From IMG/VR virus record IMGVR_UViG_3300028590_000320, positions 1-53,141 of that record: 53,141 nt of DNA, one strand, 5' to 3'. Below, piece after piece: positions 35,125-46,489 of this stretch; position 1 is the stretch's first letter; each line of letters opens with the position of its first letter. Position numbers and translations under genes: made by a program. The DNA is from a virus. Its lineage: Duplodnaviria > Caudoviricetes. The notes beneath the pieces were generated by a model. It ran no database searches. It saw only the letters and a list, made by a program, of their open reading frames with translations, and had not been told where the DNA came from.

Positions 35125-35769
35125 ATGTCCTCGCTTTTCCCCAACAAGACGGTCTTCTCGATCAGCACTAGCTTCGAGGCCGCAAAAACCATCTCCGGCA
35201 TCACCAACGCCAATCCGGGCGTCGCCACATCGACTGGTCATGCTTACAGTGACGGCGACATCCTGCTGCTCGGATCGGGCTGGACCTCTCTCAACGACGC
35301 TCCGGTGCGCGTGGACGATTCGGCGGCGAACACCTTCGCGCTCGAGGGCTTCGACACTTCGAACGTCACTCGTTTTCCGACTGGCGCTGGCGCTGGCACC
35401 TCGAAAAAGGTCTTGACCTGGGCCGCCATGTCCCAGGTGCTCGAACCCTCGACCACCGGCGGCGAACAGCAGTACTACCAGTGGGTGTACTTGGACGACG
35501 GCATCCAGCGCCAGCGCCCGACGTTCAAGAACGCACGAAGCATGACCGTTCCAATGGACTACGACGCCTCGCTGCCGTGGTACGACGCTCTCAAGCAGGC
35601 GGACCTGGATGGTGAGACGCGTGTTCTGCGCGCCGCGCTGCCCAACGGAAAGTTCTTCTACTGGTCCGTGATCGTCGCGTTCGACGGCGAACCGACGTTC
35701 AACGCAAACCAGAACATGCAAGTCACGGCGTCGTTTGCGCTGGCCAATCCCACCAGCACGAAGTACTGA
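35125..35769 (+). CDS. Major tail tube protein
   Basis: ITNANPGVAT, SGW..LN, GGEQQY, PTFKNA motifs. Confidence 0.88.
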   Translation: MSSLFPNKTVFSISTSFEAAKTISGITNANPGVATSTGHAYSDGDILLLGSGWTSLNDAPVRVDDSAANTFALEGFDTSNVTRFPTGAGAGTSKKVLTWAAMSQVLEPSTTGGEQQYYQWVYLDDGIQRQRPTFKNARSMTVPMDYDASLPWYDALKQADLDGETRVLRAALPNGKFFYWSVIVAFDGEPTFNANQNMQVTASFALANPTSTKY

Positions 35770-35774
35770 TCCAC

Positions 35775-36119
35775 ATGTTCAAGCTCAAAGCAGATCCGAC
35801 CTTCGTCGCCAAGGTCGAACTCCCGGTTTCTGGCCGGAAATCCGTGAAGGTCGCCCTGATCTTCAAGCACCGAACCAAGGACGAACTGAACGAGTGGCTG
35901 AAGGGCAGCAAGACCCGCAGCGACGAAGACACGTTCATGGAAATGGTTGCCGGCTGGGTGTCCGACGAGGCCGAGGCGAAGTCGCATGAGGCGGAACCGT
36001 TCGCGGAAGAGTTCAGCCTCGAGAACGTCAAGGTGCTGCTCCAGCACCGCATCGGCGTAGCGCTGGCGTCGTATCAGGTCTACATCGACGAACTCACAAG
36101 GCATCGGGAAAAAAACTAG
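35775..36119 (+). CDS. Tail assembly chaperone (G-like)
   Basis: FKL.ADPTF...FKHR; ends EKN at slippery site. Confidence 0.85.
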   Translation: MFKLKADPTFVAKVELPVSGRKSVKVALIFKHRTKDELNEWLKGSKTRSDEDTFMEMVAGWVSDEAEAKSHEAEPFAEEFSLENVKVLLQHRIGVALASYQVYIDELTRHREKN

Positions 36120-36433
36120 CCGGCGCCGCTCGTCACCTGTTCGACCCCCCGGACTGGGCGGCGAGATCGGCGCTGGGGTTGACCCCTGACGACTTCACTG
36201 ATGAAGACACCTACTGGGTATGGCCGGATAACTGGCTGGCCGTGACGGTGTTCTCTGTCATGCGCACGCAATGGCGCGCCGGAATGGGCGGGCTCTACGG
36301 CTTGGACTTGAACGTCCTGCCAGAGGTCTGGCGCCGGCTTCAGGTTCCGCCCGCGCAACGCAACGACGTCTTTGAGTCCCTCCTAGTTATGGAGGGCTCG
36401 GCCCTGAAGTTCATGCACACGAAGAAAGCCTAG
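36113..36433 (+). CDS. Tail chaperone -1 frameshift extension (GT-like, DUF1799)
   Basis: A_AAA_AAC at 36110-36116; -1 frame open to 36433 with VWPDNW..TQWR.G..G..GLD. Confidence 0.8.
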   Translation, partial: KLAGAARHLFDPPDWAARSALGLTPDDFTDEDTYWVWPDNWLAVTVFSVMRTQWRAGMGGLYGLDLNVLPEVWRRLQVPPAQRNDVFESLLVMEGSALKFMHTKKA

Positions 36434-36436
36434 ACC

Positions 36437-39400
36437 ATGGACTTTGCAACCCTTGGCATCAAGATCGACAGCAGCCAGGCGAAGAAAGCTTTCGAAGACC
36501 TGGAGAAGCTGGAGAGCGCGGGCAAGGGCGCCGAGAAGGCCGTCGAAGACGTCGGCAAGGCTGCGGACAAGGCAGCCGCAGGGCTGGAGAGCGCCGGAAA
36601 GGCGACCAAGGAGGCCGCATCTTCCGTCGACACCTACGCCCGAAAGGTCGATGGCCTGGCCAAGTCGCAGGTCGCTGCCGCCGCAGCCGCCAAGCAGGTC
36701 GAGATGTCGACCAAAGGCGTGGCCGCAGCCCAGGCCAGCATCGCCAAGGGCGGGCTCGATGCGGCCGAGATCAAGCGCGCCAGCACGGCGATCGACGAGC
36801 AGGTCAAGAAGCTCCAGTTGGTGGCCACCACCAACGGCATGTCAGCGCGCGAGTCGCGGCTCTATGAGTTGGCGGTGCAGGGCGCATCCAAGGCCCAACT
36901 CCAGGCGGCCGACTCTGCCATTCGAATGAATGAAGGCTACGAGCGCGGCATTGCCATCGGGCAGCGACTGCGTACCGGCATAACCGCGATCGCGGCAGCA
37001 GCAGCGACATTGGCTGCCGGAGCGTATGTCGCAACGAATCGAATCGCCGACAGCATCGCCAAGTACCAAGACCTTGCCGACAAGACTGGCGACACGGCCG
37101 AGAACATCGCATCTCTTCAACCGGCATCGGACCTCTCGAGCGTCTCACTAGACACCGTTTCGGCTGCGTCCATTCGCCTCACGGCGGCGCTCTCCAAGAC
37201 GGACGACGAGTCGAAACTGGTTGGCAAGGGCATCAAGGCTCTTGGGCTGAACTTCGATGAGTTCAAGAAGCTGGCCCCGGTCGAGCAGTTGGACGCGGTT
37301 GCCAAGGCCATGGCTGGCTTCAAGGACGGCTCGGAGAAGACGGCTGCCGCCGTCGCCATCTTCGGCAAGTCCGGTGCGGAGCTGTTGCCGTTCTTCAACG
37401 ACCTTGCCGACGCCGGCGAACGTCAGATCCGCCTGTCGGATGAGCAGATCAAGCGCGCGGACGACTACACGAAGGCCCAAGCGCGCCTGCGCAGCGAGAT
37501 CACGTCGGCGGCGCAGATCATCGTCGCAGAGTCGATCCCCGCGGTGGAAGCCCTGACGAAGGTGCTGAAGGACGCGCTGACTGGAACCAACGACCTGAGC
37601 CAGTCGGCGAGCGATCTGGGGAAGAACGGCTCGATCGCAGCATTCGCGGAGGATGCCGGGCGCGCGCTTGCCCGCATGATCGACTATGTTGCGCAGTCGA
37701 TTCGGGAGATCAAGGTCCTCACCGACTTCGTCGCCTCCAGTGCGCAGGCGCTGAAGGCCTATGGCTCCGGCGACTTCGCAGGCGGCCGAAAGGTAGGAGA
37801 GGATTTCCGCGCGCGCTACGGCCTGGACGAGTTCGGCAGCAAGGTGGCAAAGGGCTCAGGCGAATCGGCCGGCCGCACCTTCCTGCAGGCGTTCGATGAC
37901 ACCATCGCAGCCGGCAAGCGCAGGAGTTTTGCATCGACTGACCCGCGTCGGGTGGACCTCGGGAAAGACGGGAAACCGATCGATGGTCGCCCAGCCGTGG
38001 GAACAGTTGTCACGGATCGCGCGGGGAAGGGTGCCAAGAACGCTGGCGCACAGGAAGCCAAGGCGCAACTCGCCTTTGACCTGGACGACATCCGCAAGGC
38101 GCAGGATGCCTTGTCGAACACCATCGCCAACGGCGAGAAGCTGCTCGAGGCGCGCCGCTCGGCCAACCTGATCACGGAAGCCGAGTACTGGAAGCAGAAG
38201 CGGGTCTTCCTGCAGCAGAACGAGTCTGTGCAAGAGGCCGCGCTCGAGAAGGAGCTCGCGCGCCTGAACCAGGAGCGGCTGACCGGCAAGGAGAAGATCG
38301 ACAACGATCGCAAGATCCTTGACGCCCAGGCGAAGCTGGCCAAGGTGCGCGAGAACGCGGCGGCGAACCTCCAAATTCTCGGGATCAAGGAGGCCGACGC
38401 CCTCGACAAGATCAAGATCAAGTTCGAGGAAGCACAGAAGTCGGCGCAGCAATACGTCGACACGATAGCGCGCGCAAACCAGCGCGATCTCGACGGGATG
38501 GGACGAGGCGCCCAGCAGCGCGAGATCGGAACGCGCCGCAACCAGCGCGACGACCAGTTGCTCAACCGCAGCGATCAGCTTAGCTCGCAGCTGCGGGCCG
38601 GCCAGATCACCAAGGAGGAGTTCGACAAGTACCTCGCGATTGAGAAGGACGCGCACAGCCGCGCCCTAGCCGAGGACGAGAGCTATTGGACGAAGAAGCT
38701 GGAGCTCCAAAAGGACTGGCGCGTTGGCGCGAGCGAGGCGCTGCAGAACTACATCGACGATGTCGACAACGCCTCGAAGCGTGCCGAGAAGCTGATCACA
38801 GACGGGCTCGGCGGCCTGACTGACTCGATCACCGACGCACTCATGGGTGACGGCAAGGTGTCGTTCGAAGAGCTGGGCAAGACGATCAGCAAGCAGCTGC
38901 TCAAGGGCATCGTCGAGCAGCAGATCACCAAGCCGATCGCCGAATGGCTGCAAGGCAGCATCAAGGACCCAGAGTCGATCTTCGGGAAGATCTTCGGCGG
39001 CCTCACGAGCAACAAGGGGACTGGCGAGAGCTGGCTGGGCAGCTTGCTCGGCACTACGGCGGGCGGCGGTGCGTCTGCGGCGACTGGTGCCGCGTCCGCC
39101 AGTGCTGCCCAGGCATCGCTCGCCGTCAGTGCGACGGGCGCCACGAGCGCGATCACGGCGCTGGCGGCTGCTGCATCCGCCGCGGCTACGGCCATGGGTG
39201 GATCGAGCATTGGCGGCAGCCTGAGCGGGCTGGGCGGGCTGTTCTCTGGCGGCGGAGGCGGCAGCAGCGACCCGCTCGGCGCACTAATCGCCATGAACGG
39301 CTGGGACGAAGGCGGATTCACGGGCGCCGGCGGCAAGTACGAGCCGGCCGGCATCGTTCACCGCGGCGAGTACGTGGTGAACGCCGAGAACACCCGTCGC

Positions 39401-39619
39401 CTGGGCCTCTCGTTCCTGGAGCGCCTGAATCGCCGCGGCTATGCCGACGGCGGCTTCGTGGGCTCGGTGATGGGCGGCAGCCTGGCAGCACCGTCGTCGA
39501 GCTCCTCCATTTCGAACACGAACAACATCAACGTAGCGGGCGATATGACGCGAAGCACGGCGAACCAACTCGCCAACCGTCTCGACCGAGATCAACGCCG
39601 CGCCCGGAGACTCTTGTGA
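36437..39619 (+). CDS. Tape measure protein
   Basis: 1060 aa Ala-rich helical; [21 protein letters not shown]-terminal motif. Confidence 0.93.
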   Translation: MDFATLGIKIDSSQAKKAFEDLEKLESAGKGAEKAVEDVGKAADKAAAGLESAGKATKEAASSVDTYARKVDGLAKSQVAAAAAAKQVEMSTKGVAAAQASIAKGGLDAAEIKRASTAIDEQVKKLQLVATTNGMSARESRLYELAVQGASKAQLQAADSAIRMNEGYERGIAIGQRLRTGITAIAAAAATLAAGAYVATNRIADSIAKYQDLADKTGDTAENIASLQPASDLSSVSLDTVSAASIRLTAALSKTDDESKLVGKGIKALGLNFDEFKKLAPVEQLDAVAKAMAGFKDGSEKTAAAVAIFGKSGAELLPFFNDLADAGERQIRLSDEQIKRADDYTKAQARLRSEITSAAQIIVAESIPAVEALTKVLKDALTGTNDLSQSASDLGKNGSIAAFAEDAGRALARMIDYVAQSIREIKVLTDFVASSAQALKAYGSGDFAGGRKVGEDFRARYGLDEFGSKVAKGSGESAGRTFLQAFDDTIAAGKRRSFASTDPRRVDLGKDGKPIDGRPAVGTVVTDRAGKGAKNAGAQEAKAQLAFDLDDIRKAQDALSNTIANGEKLLEARRSANLITEAEYWKQKRVFLQQNESVQEAALEKELARLNQERLTGKEKIDNDRKILDAQAKLAKVRENAAANLQILGIKEADALDKIKIKFEEAQKSAQQYVDTIARANQRDLDGMGRGAQQREIGTRRNQRDDQLLNRSDQLSSQLRAGQITKEEFDKYLAIEKDAHSRALAEDESYWTKKLELQKDWRVGASEALQNYIDDVDNASKRAEKLITDGLGGLTDSITDALMGDGKVSFEELGKTISKQLLKGIVEQQITKPIAEWLQGSIKDPESIFGKIFGGLTSNKGTGESWLGSLLGTTAGGGASAATGAASASAAQASLAVSATGATSAITALAAAASAAATAMGGSSIGGSLSGLGGLFSGGGGGSSDPLGALIAMNGWDEGGFTGAGGKYEPAGIVHRGEYVVNAENTRRLGLSFLERLNRRGYADGGFVGSVMGGSLAAPSSSSSISNTNNINVAGDMTRSTANQLANRLDRDQRRARRLL

Positions 39620-40206
39620 CCTTCATTGACCAAAGACTGAGCAAGAGCGTCGAAGCCGGGTTCACTGGTGGGCCTGAGTGGAAGACCTTGATCGTCCCGA
39701 TGTCGAGCGGCCGTGAGGCCCGCCGCGGGCAGTGGTCGATGCCGCACTTCAAGTTTTCGGCCGACTACACAGTTCTCAATCCGCGCGAGCAAAACGACAT
39801 CCTGGCGGCGTTCATGGCCGCGCGCGGTCAGCTGCACAGCTTCCGGTTCAAGGACTGGAACGATTTCAAAGCCGCCAAGCAAGTTCTGGGAGTGGGCAAT
39901 GGGACGAGCAGCCCCATGCAACTCGTAAAGCACTACGAGTTCGGGCCGAGCTCGTACACACGCGTCATCGAGTTGCCGATCGCCGTCAGCGTGGCGGTGC
40001 AGGCGAATGGCGTGCCGGTTTCAGTATCTATCGATGAGGACACTGGACAAGTGACTCCGATGGCGAGTTGGCCGAGCGGCCAATCCATCACCGCAGACTT
40101 CGAGTTCGACGTGAGGGTGCGCTTCGCTGCGGATCACTTCCCTTTCACTCAGCACGCAAAGAGCGTTTCGCATGTGAGCATCGACCTGCTGGAGGTGATT
40201 GCATGA
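39616..40206 (+). CDS. Distal tail protein (DUF2460)
   Basis: GGPEW.T.IV...[27 protein letters not shown]. Confidence 0.85.
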   Translation: MTFIDQRLSKSVEAGFTGGPEWKTLIVPMSSGREARRGQWSMPHFKFSADYTVLNPREQNDILAAFMAARGQLHSFRFKDWNDFKAAKQVLGVGNGTSSPMQLVKHYEFGPSSYTRVIELPIAVSVAVQANGVPVSVSIDEDTGQVTPMASWPSGQSITADFEFDVRVRFAADHFPFTQHAKSVSHVSIDLLEVIA

Positions 40207-41153
40207 GGTACGTCCCCCCCGCCTTGCAAGCGCACCTTGACGGTGACGCCACGACGATGGCGCTGATCATGCGCATCGACCCGGTTGCACCTGGGTTCCC
40301 ATCGGTGGGCTGCACGATGCTCGATCGGGACATCGTGTTCGATGACGGGATGGGCGAGCTGACCTACCGCGCGGCCATCGGTCTGACCCCCTCCACGCTG
40401 CAGGCCACCTCGAGCATGGGCGTGGACAACAGCGAGGGGCAGCACCTGATCCCGGAAGCCGATCTGGGGATCTCCGAGGAGGTCTTGAACTCGGGCGCGT
40501 ACGACTACGCGCGATACCGGATCTACTGGGTGAACTACATGGATCTTTCGATGGGGAAGATCGCCATTTCACGCGGCACCCTCGGGCAGATTCGCGTGGA
40601 AGACGGGTTGACGTTCTGGAGCGAAATCACGTCTTTGGCCAAAGTCCTGAAGACTCCGATCGTCAAAAGAAGCTCGCGCACATGCCGGGCCACGTTCGGC
40701 AGCCAGCCGCCCGGAACGCCCGGCGCCGAGATGACGGAGCGGCAACCCTGCGGTAAGGACATCAGCGACCTGTGGGTTGCCGCGGTGGTCTCAAGTGTTG
40801 GCTTCGAGACGAATCGCACTTTCACAGCATCAGGCCTAGGCGCAGCCGGGACTTTCGAGCCCGGGATGGTGAGGTGGTTGTCAGGGGCAAATTCCGGGCG
40901 CCAATACGAAGTCGAAGCCCAGGATGGCGCTGGAGAGGTTTCGCTTGGATTTGAAACCATGTTCCCCATCGAAGCGGGCGACACGTTCGAGATCCGCCCG
41001 GACTGCACGAAGTGGGCTTTCGAGGCCAATGGCTGCCAGGCGCACTTCGGCCCTACGTGGGTTCTGCACTACCGCGGTGAGCCGTACTTGAAGCCACAGG
41101 ACTCCGATTCGGCAGTGACGCCGGGTGCTGCAATCGGGAAGGGGTTGGGATGA
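40203..41153 (+). CDS. Tail hub protein (DUF2163/BR0599)
   Basis: T.LDRDI.FD, SRTCRA.FG, GDTFEI.PDC.K...C...F...YRGEP. Confidence 0.85.
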   Translation: MRYVPPALQAHLDGDATTMALIMRIDPVAPGFPSVGCTMLDRDIVFDDGMGELTYRAAIGLTPSTLQATSSMGVDNSEGQHLIPEADLGISEEVLNSGAYDYARYRIYWVNYMDLSMGKIAISRGTLGQIRVEDGLTFWSEITSLAKVLKTPIVKRSSRTCRATFGSQPPGTPGAEMTERQPCGKDISDLWVAAVVSSVGFETNRTFTASGLGAAGTFEPGMVRWLSGANSGRQYEVEAQDGAGEVSLGFETMFPIEAGDTFEIRPDCTKWAFEANGCQAHFGPTWVLHYRGEPYLKPQDSDSAVTPGAAIGKGLG

Positions 41154-41626
41154 GCCTATTAGTCAAACATGCGCGCTCATTCATTGGCGTGCCGTTCAAG
41201 CACAGGGGGCGTGACCGCCGAGGCCTTGATTGCGCTGGGCTTGTGTGGTGCGCCTATGCCGAAGCCGGCGTCGTCATGCCGGACCTACGGCGCTACGGGC
41301 GGGAGCCACACAAGGACGGAATGATGCGGGTCGCTCGAGAGGCACTTGGGCCTGCCTTGTGGGAGGGGGCGCTCGGACAGGTCGCCCCTCGTTCGCTTCT
41401 TCGAAAAGGGGATGTGGTGGTGATCCGGTTCGACGTTGAGCCGCATCACATGGGCATCCTCGGAGAGGACTTGATCCACGGGCTTTCTCTGATTCACTCC
41501 AACGGCATGCGTGGCCTTCTCTCGGCCGATGGTCGGCGATTCGAGAAGGTCGGACGGGTGATGGAGCACGGCCTCGATGACGTCCACCTGAAGATGATCT
41601 GCGCAGTTTTCCGGAGGCCAATCTAA
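41150..41626 (+). CDS. NlpC/P60 tail protein
   Basis: ARSFIGVPFKHRGR...GLDCAGLV, HMGI, IHS. Confidence 0.88.
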   Translation: MSLLVKHARSFIGVPFKHRGRDRRGLDCAGLVWCAYAEAGVVMPDLRRYGREPHKDGMMRVAREALGPALWEGALGQVAPRSLLRKGDVVVIRFDVEPHHMGILGEDLIHGLSLIHSNGMRGLLSADGRRFEKVGRVMEHGLDDVHLKMICAVFRRPI

Positions 41627-44424
41627 TGGCGCGTCAGGTACTCCCCATCTTGGGCGGGCTGGTTGGCTCGTATTTCGGCTATCCACAGCTCGGCTTTGTG
41701 ATCGGCGGCGTCCTTGGACAGCTCGCAGACCCTCAGGTTGGGAAGGGCCCCGCTCTTGGCGAACTGCAGGCCCAAACCTCGAATGAAGGCAGCCCGCGGG
41801 CGATCATCTACGGGACTGCGACGTGCACTGGCTATGTCATTGCGTTCGGTCCCGCTCAAAAGACGACAGAGGTTGTCGAGGGAGAGAAGGGTGCGCCGAA
41901 GTCGGAGCAGGAAGTCGTCTATCGCAGCTATGCGGTCGCCATCTGCGAGGGACCCATTCATGGGCTGCTTCGCGTCTGGGAGAACGACAAGCTCGTTTTT
42001 GATGTGCGACCTGGTTCGTTGATGCTGGCCGAGTCCATTCAATGGTCGACAAACAAGTTCTTGCATTTGGGCGACGAGGATCAGCTCCCCAACATCTTCA
42101 TGGAACAGACGATCTCCGGCGTGGGGACGACGCCTGCATATCGCGGAACCGCCTACATGTACTTCAACTTGGAGGACGTGACGGATACCCGTGGAGCAAT
42201 CAAGCAGTACCGATGGGAAGTGGCAAATAGCGTCGCGGAAGTAGCGCTGACCAAGTATCCGAGTGACACGGCTGTTGGGGCGACTTCGACTGGCAGTGCC
42301 TTTCCGCCTGGCACCTTGAACCACTTTGTTCAGCCCATCGGCTTCGCGGTTATCCGTCCACTCATGAAGGCGCAAGCAAGTCGCGCACTGACCCCAGCTC
42401 TCACGCCCCCGATCAGGATCATCGTTTCGCTTAACGAATACGACCTGCCGATACTAGATACAGGGTGGTTCGGTGATCCTTCGGTTCAGGCGGAGTTGGA
42501 TCTACTACTGGAGGATCAGGGGCGTGAAGACTTGAAAGGCCCTATTGGTTCTGGGAGAGCCTGGGAGAACGCATTCCACCTCTCCGAATTTCCAACCTCG
42601 GGAGACGCAGGAAGGATCGACATCTATCGCGCTCAAACAACATCTTCTCCTCCGAGCGGGAACTACTCAGTTTCAATTCTCAGGCCCGACCCGCTCGCAG
42701 CTCCGCCAGAGTACACATTCCATCCGACTGTCGAGGGCGTAGGCATCGAGCCAGACCAGTCGATGTTCGCGGCCGAATGGGGTCCGGATGAAGTGCTGGT
42801 CGTGGGCGGGCCAGATGCCGCGGTTCCCCTTGGGGACATCGTGGCAGACCTGTGTGATCGCAGTTCGTTGGTCGAAGGAGATGACTTCGATGTGTCTGAA
42901 CTCGACGATCTTGTGATGGGGCTGACCCTCACCGGAGACTACACGGCCGGCGACGCGATCAACACGCTCCGTTCGTGCTACTTTTTCGACAAGGCGGAGC
43001 CGGGCGACAAGATTTACTTTCCCAAGAGAGGGAAGCCCGTGGTGACGACCGTGGCCATCGAGGATCTGGTGGACGTGCCGGACCTTTCCAAGCGAGAGCA
43101 GGTGGCCGAGGTGCCCAAGAAGATGCACCTGATGTATCAGCACCCGACGGCAGGGTATGCGCCCGTGAAGGCCACTTACGAGCGAAGCAGCGTCGATGTG
43201 CAGTCGGTCGTGGAAAGCACTACTCAAGTGCCGGTGGTTCTCAATGAGAACCAAGCCCGGCAGATGGTGCACAAGCAGATGAAGGTGACCACTGCCGATG
43301 CCCAAGGAGAAATCAAGCTCACTTTGCCTGACAGGTTCATCCGTCTCATCCCGAGCGACAGCATCGGCCTATCGCTGCGGGGGCAGGTTCGAAGACTGCG
43401 CATCGAAGAGAGTGAGTGGTCCGATGGCGTCCTGTCGAAAACCCTTCGCCTGGACCGACAAAGCGCATATACGTCGGCACTTACAGGCATCGCGATCCCT
43501 GAGCCAGAACTTCCTCCGCCAACCATAGTCGGCGACACATCGTTTGTCTTCGCCGACGTGCCAAGTCGAAGCGACACGGAGGATGATTTGCACTATCTGG
43601 TTGCAGGCGCAGGCGCGCTGCCTGGGTGGTATGGGTGGCTTCTTCAGCGAAGCACTGACGGTGGCGCCAACTATGCAGGTGTCGATCAATTCAGCAGGGC
43701 AGACGTCGTCGGGTACTTGTTGGACGCGGTTTCTGTCGCCTCGGAGCACTACACGGACACGACCAACAGCGTGAGGGTTCAACTCCACAACGCCAACCAC
43801 GCGCTCGAGGATCTCGCGGAGGTTCAGTTCCTGTCCGAAGGCGGTGCATTTTTGCTCCAGAAGGATGACGGCAGCTATGAAGTGCTGCAGTACCGAGATG
43901 CCCTTGATGAAGGGGATGGGGTATTCGTGCTCAGTCATCTGCACCGGGGTCGACTGAATTCCGGCGCTGCCGAGCACTCTGTTGGGGCGCAGTTCGTTCT
44001 GTTGTCGAGCGCGCACCACATCCCCGCGCAGTCCGCCTGGATCGGACAAGCGCTGACCCATCGTCCAGTGAGTTTTGGTCAGTCCCCGGAGTTGGCTGCG
44101 CCTCAGACCGACACGTACGTGGGGAGGTCTCAGTTGGAGTGGCCAGTGGCCGATCTGACTCTGGGCCGCGATGGATCTGACGTGATCTCTGGGGCCTGGG
44201 TGCCGCGCCATCGGTTTGGGACTGACGACGCGCCAGTGGCTTCGATCAACTTTCAGGGTTACCGCGTGACTCTTGATGACGGCGTGCTTCCCGCCATCAC
44301 TCTCGATACCCCGACGCCGGGCTTCACCTATGACGCCAGTGCGCTCGGTGCGCCGCTGGCGGTGAGCGTGCAGGCGGTGAACCGCATTACGGGCCCGGGC
44401 CCTTCAACAACGGAATCCATCTAA
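41626..44424 (+). CDS. Tail tip / central fibre protein
   Basis: 932 aa; YAVAICEGPI, PAYRG.AY, L..L.RGRL GTA-like tail motifs. Confidence 0.85.
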   Translation: MARQVLPILGGLVGSYFGYPQLGFVIGGVLGQLADPQVGKGPALGELQAQTSNEGSPRAIIYGTATCTGYVIAFGPAQKTTEVVEGEKGAPKSEQEVVYRSYAVAICEGPIHGLLRVWENDKLVFDVRPGSLMLAESIQWSTNKFLHLGDEDQLPNIFMEQTISGVGTTPAYRGTAYMYFNLEDVTDTRGAIKQYRWEVANSVAEVALTKYPSDTAVGATSTGSAFPPGTLNHFVQPIGFAVIRPLMKAQASRALTPALTPPIRIIVSLNEYDLPILDTGWFGDPSVQAELDLLLEDQGREDLKGPIGSGRAWENAFHLSEFPTSGDAGRIDIYRAQTTSSPPSGNYSVSILRPDPLAAPPEYTFHPTVEGVGIEPDQSMFAAEWGPDEVLVVGGPDAAVPLGDIVADLCDRSSLVEGDDFDVSELDDLVMGLTLTGDYTAGDAINTLRSCYFFDKAEPGDKIYFPKRGKPVVTTVAIEDLVDVPDLSKREQVAEVPKKMHLMYQHPTAGYAPVKATYERSSVDVQSVVESTTQVPVVLNENQARQMVHKQMKVTTADAQGEIKLTLPDRFIRLIPSDSIGLSLRGQVRRLRIEESEWSDGVLSKTLRLDRQSAYTSALTGIAIPEPELPPPTIVGDTSFVFADVPSRSDTEDDLHYLVAGAGALPGWYGWLLQRSTDGGANYAGVDQFSRADVVGYLLDAVSVASEHYTDTTNSVRVQLHNANHALEDLAEVQFLSEGGAFLLQKDDGSYEVLQYRDALDEGDGVFVLSHLHRGRLNSGAAEHSVGAQFVLLSSAHHIPAQSAWIGQALTHRPVSFGQSPELAAPQTDTYVGRSQLEWPVADLTLGRDGSDVISGAWVPRHRFGTDDAPVASINFQGYRVTLDDGVLPAITLDTPTPGFTYDASALGAPLAVSVQAVNRITGPGPSTTESI

Positions 44425-46151
44425 TGGCCAGCACCCCAATCATCCCCTTTGCGAAATGGCTTTCTGGCACGAACCAGAACAGCATTCCTGCTAACGACAA
44501 CAGCCTGCGGAATCAGATCCTCAATGGAAACGTGATCAGCCAGGCCGTCACGGCCCAGCCGGCAAGTCCGGCAGAGGGGGACATCTACATCATTGCAGCC
44601 ACACACACTGGCGCGCAGTGGTCTACGTTCACGCCGAAAGATCTGGCGATCTTCAGTGGTGGCACATGGTATGCCTTCACCCCGGTAGAGGGGGTAGTGG
44701 TCAACCTGGCTGGAAGTCTCTACAAGTACGCCTCGAGCGCATGGGCTGTGATCGGCGGCGGTTCTGGATCTGCAGCTGGGTCCGACAAGCAGATTCAATA
44801 CAACAACGGCGGTGCGTTTGGTGCTGAAGCTGGGTTCGAGTACGACCAAGCCACGAACACGCTGACCGTGGCCAAGGTCAACGAGTCGCAGGGCTCGAGC
44901 ATTGCCAGTGCCACTACGACCGACATAGGCGCAGCCACTGGCAACTACGCCCATATCACCGGCACGACAACGATCACAGGGCTCGGCACTGTCGCCGCCG
45001 GCGCTCGACGGTTGGTGGTCTTCGATGGGGCACTCACGCTCACACACAACGCGACGAGCCTGATTCTTCCGACCTCCGCCAACATCACGACTGCTGCGGG
45101 CGATGCCGCAATTTGCGTCTCAGAGGGGGCTGGCAATTGGCGCATCACTCATTACCAGAGAAAGGATGGCACGCCGCTGGCTGGCGGTGGTGGCGGTCTG
45201 TCCAACTGGACAGAAAGTGTCAACACGTCGGCGCCAAACGCAACAGTTCCTGCGGTCCGATTCTTGGCCGCCAACGCTGCAACAAACGTGGATGCAGTGA
45301 TTGCCCCAAAGGGAGCTGGCGCCCTGCTCGCGCAGTCGCCAGACAACACGGCGACAGGTGGCAACAAGCGTGGCGCTCGATCTGTCGATTGGCAGATGAG
45401 CCGCAGCACCAATACTGGCGTGGCTTCGGGTGCTGATTCTGTAGTCTCGGGAGGATCTGGAAATTCTGCGCAGGCCCAGTACGACGCTGTTGCTGGTGGG
45501 ATCGGAAATGCCGCGGCAGGGGGATCCTCGGCAATCGGTGGCGGCTCCGGGAACTCTGTCGCCAGTCAATACGGGTCTGTTGCGGGGGGCAATACAAACA
45601 CGATCTCCGGGGGCGCCACTGGCGGCGCAATCACTGGCGGCGCAAACAACCTAGTAAGCGGCGCTTATGGCACGGCGGGGGGGCAGTACTCGACAACCCG
45701 CGGGGTCTATGGGGTACGGGCGTATGCATCAACGCGCTTCTCTGCACAGGGGGACGCGCAGGTACGCGATTTCACGGTGATGGCGTCCACCACGAACGCA
45801 ACGCCAGGCACCGCTTCCGCCGACCTGGCTGCTGCCGGGGCGATGAATCAGATCAGTCTTCCAAACGATTCCACGATCGCATTCCGCGCGCTGGTCGTTG
45901 CGCGAAACAGCGCAAACGGCGATTCAGCCAGTTGGACTGTCATCGGTCTTGCTAAGCGCGTGAGCGGGGTCGTAACACTGGTTGGCACGCCAACTGTCAC
46001 CTTGGCGTTCAACGACTCTGGTGCTGCGTCGTGGGCGTTGGCAGTCACGGCTGACAACACCAACAAGGTTGTTTCCTTTGGCGTGACTGGCGTGGCCGCG
46101 ACCAACATCAAGTGGGTGGTTCGAGGAGAGACCGTCGAAGTTGTTGGCTAG
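44424..46151 (+). CDS. Tail fibre / receptor-binding protein (DUF2793-like N-terminus)
   Basis: PASPAEGDIYII...W...P.EG N-domain; repeated GG..N beta-roll segments. Confidence 0.8.
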   Translation: MASTPIIPFAKWLSGTNQNSIPANDNSLRNQILNGNVISQAVTAQPASPAEGDIYIIAATHTGAQWSTFTPKDLAIFSGGTWYAFTPVEGVVVNLAGSLYKYASSAWAVIGGGSGSAAGSDKQIQYNNGGAFGAEAGFEYDQATNTLTVAKVNESQGSSIASATTTDIGAATGNYAHITGTTTITGLGTVAAGARRLVVFDGALTLTHNATSLILPTSANITTAAGDAAICVSEGAGNWRITHYQRKDGTPLAGGGGGLSNWTESVNTSAPNATVPAVRFLAANAATNVDAVIAPKGAGALLAQSPDNTATGGNKRGARSVDWQMSRSTNTGVASGADSVVSGGSGNSAQAQYDAVAGGIGNAAAGGSSAIGGGSGNSVASQYGSVAGGNTNTISGGATGGAITGGANNLVSGAYGTAGGQYSTTRGVYGVRAYASTRFSAQGDAQVRDFTVMASTTNATPGTASADLAAAGAMNQISLPNDSTIAFRALVVARNSANGDSASWTVIGLAKRVSGVVTLVGTPTVTLAFNDSGAASWALAVTADNTNKVVSFGVTGVAATNIKWVVRGETVEVVG

Positions 46152-46173
46152 TCATGCCGAACATCCATCCACC

Positions 46174-46194
46174 AACCCGCTTCGGCGGGTTTTT
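46174..46194 (+). terminator. Terminator-like hairpin before lysis genes
   Basis: AACCCGC-TTCG-GCGGGTT-TTT. Confidence 0.75.
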
Positions 46195-46216
46195 CTTTGC
46201 TCGAAGGAAACAGACG

Positions 46217-46489
46217 ATGAAGAACGAAGCTGTCGAAGCTGCAACCGCAGCCGTGGCGTCGAAGTCCACCTACGCCGGGGCTGGCTCAATGATCGTGGGC
46301 TGGATGCTGTCCAACGAGTTCACCGTGGTGGTGGGCATCGTGGTTGCCGTAGCCGGCCTGGCCGTGAACTGGTTCTACAAGGCAAAGGCGAACAAGCGGG
46401 CCGAGGTGCTGTTTCAGGCTCGACTGGAGCGCATCAAGAAGGGCTTGCCGAGCGGCACCGATATGGCTGCGCTCGGGGAGGACGACTGA
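46217..46489 (+). CDS. Holin
   Basis: ASKSTYAGA...two hydrophobic segments...VNWFYK basic tail. Confidence 0.8.
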   Translation: MKNEAVEAATAAVASKSTYAGAGSMIVGWMLSNEFTVVVGIVVAVAGLAVNWFYKAKANKRAEVLFQARLERIKKGLPSGTDMAALGEDD

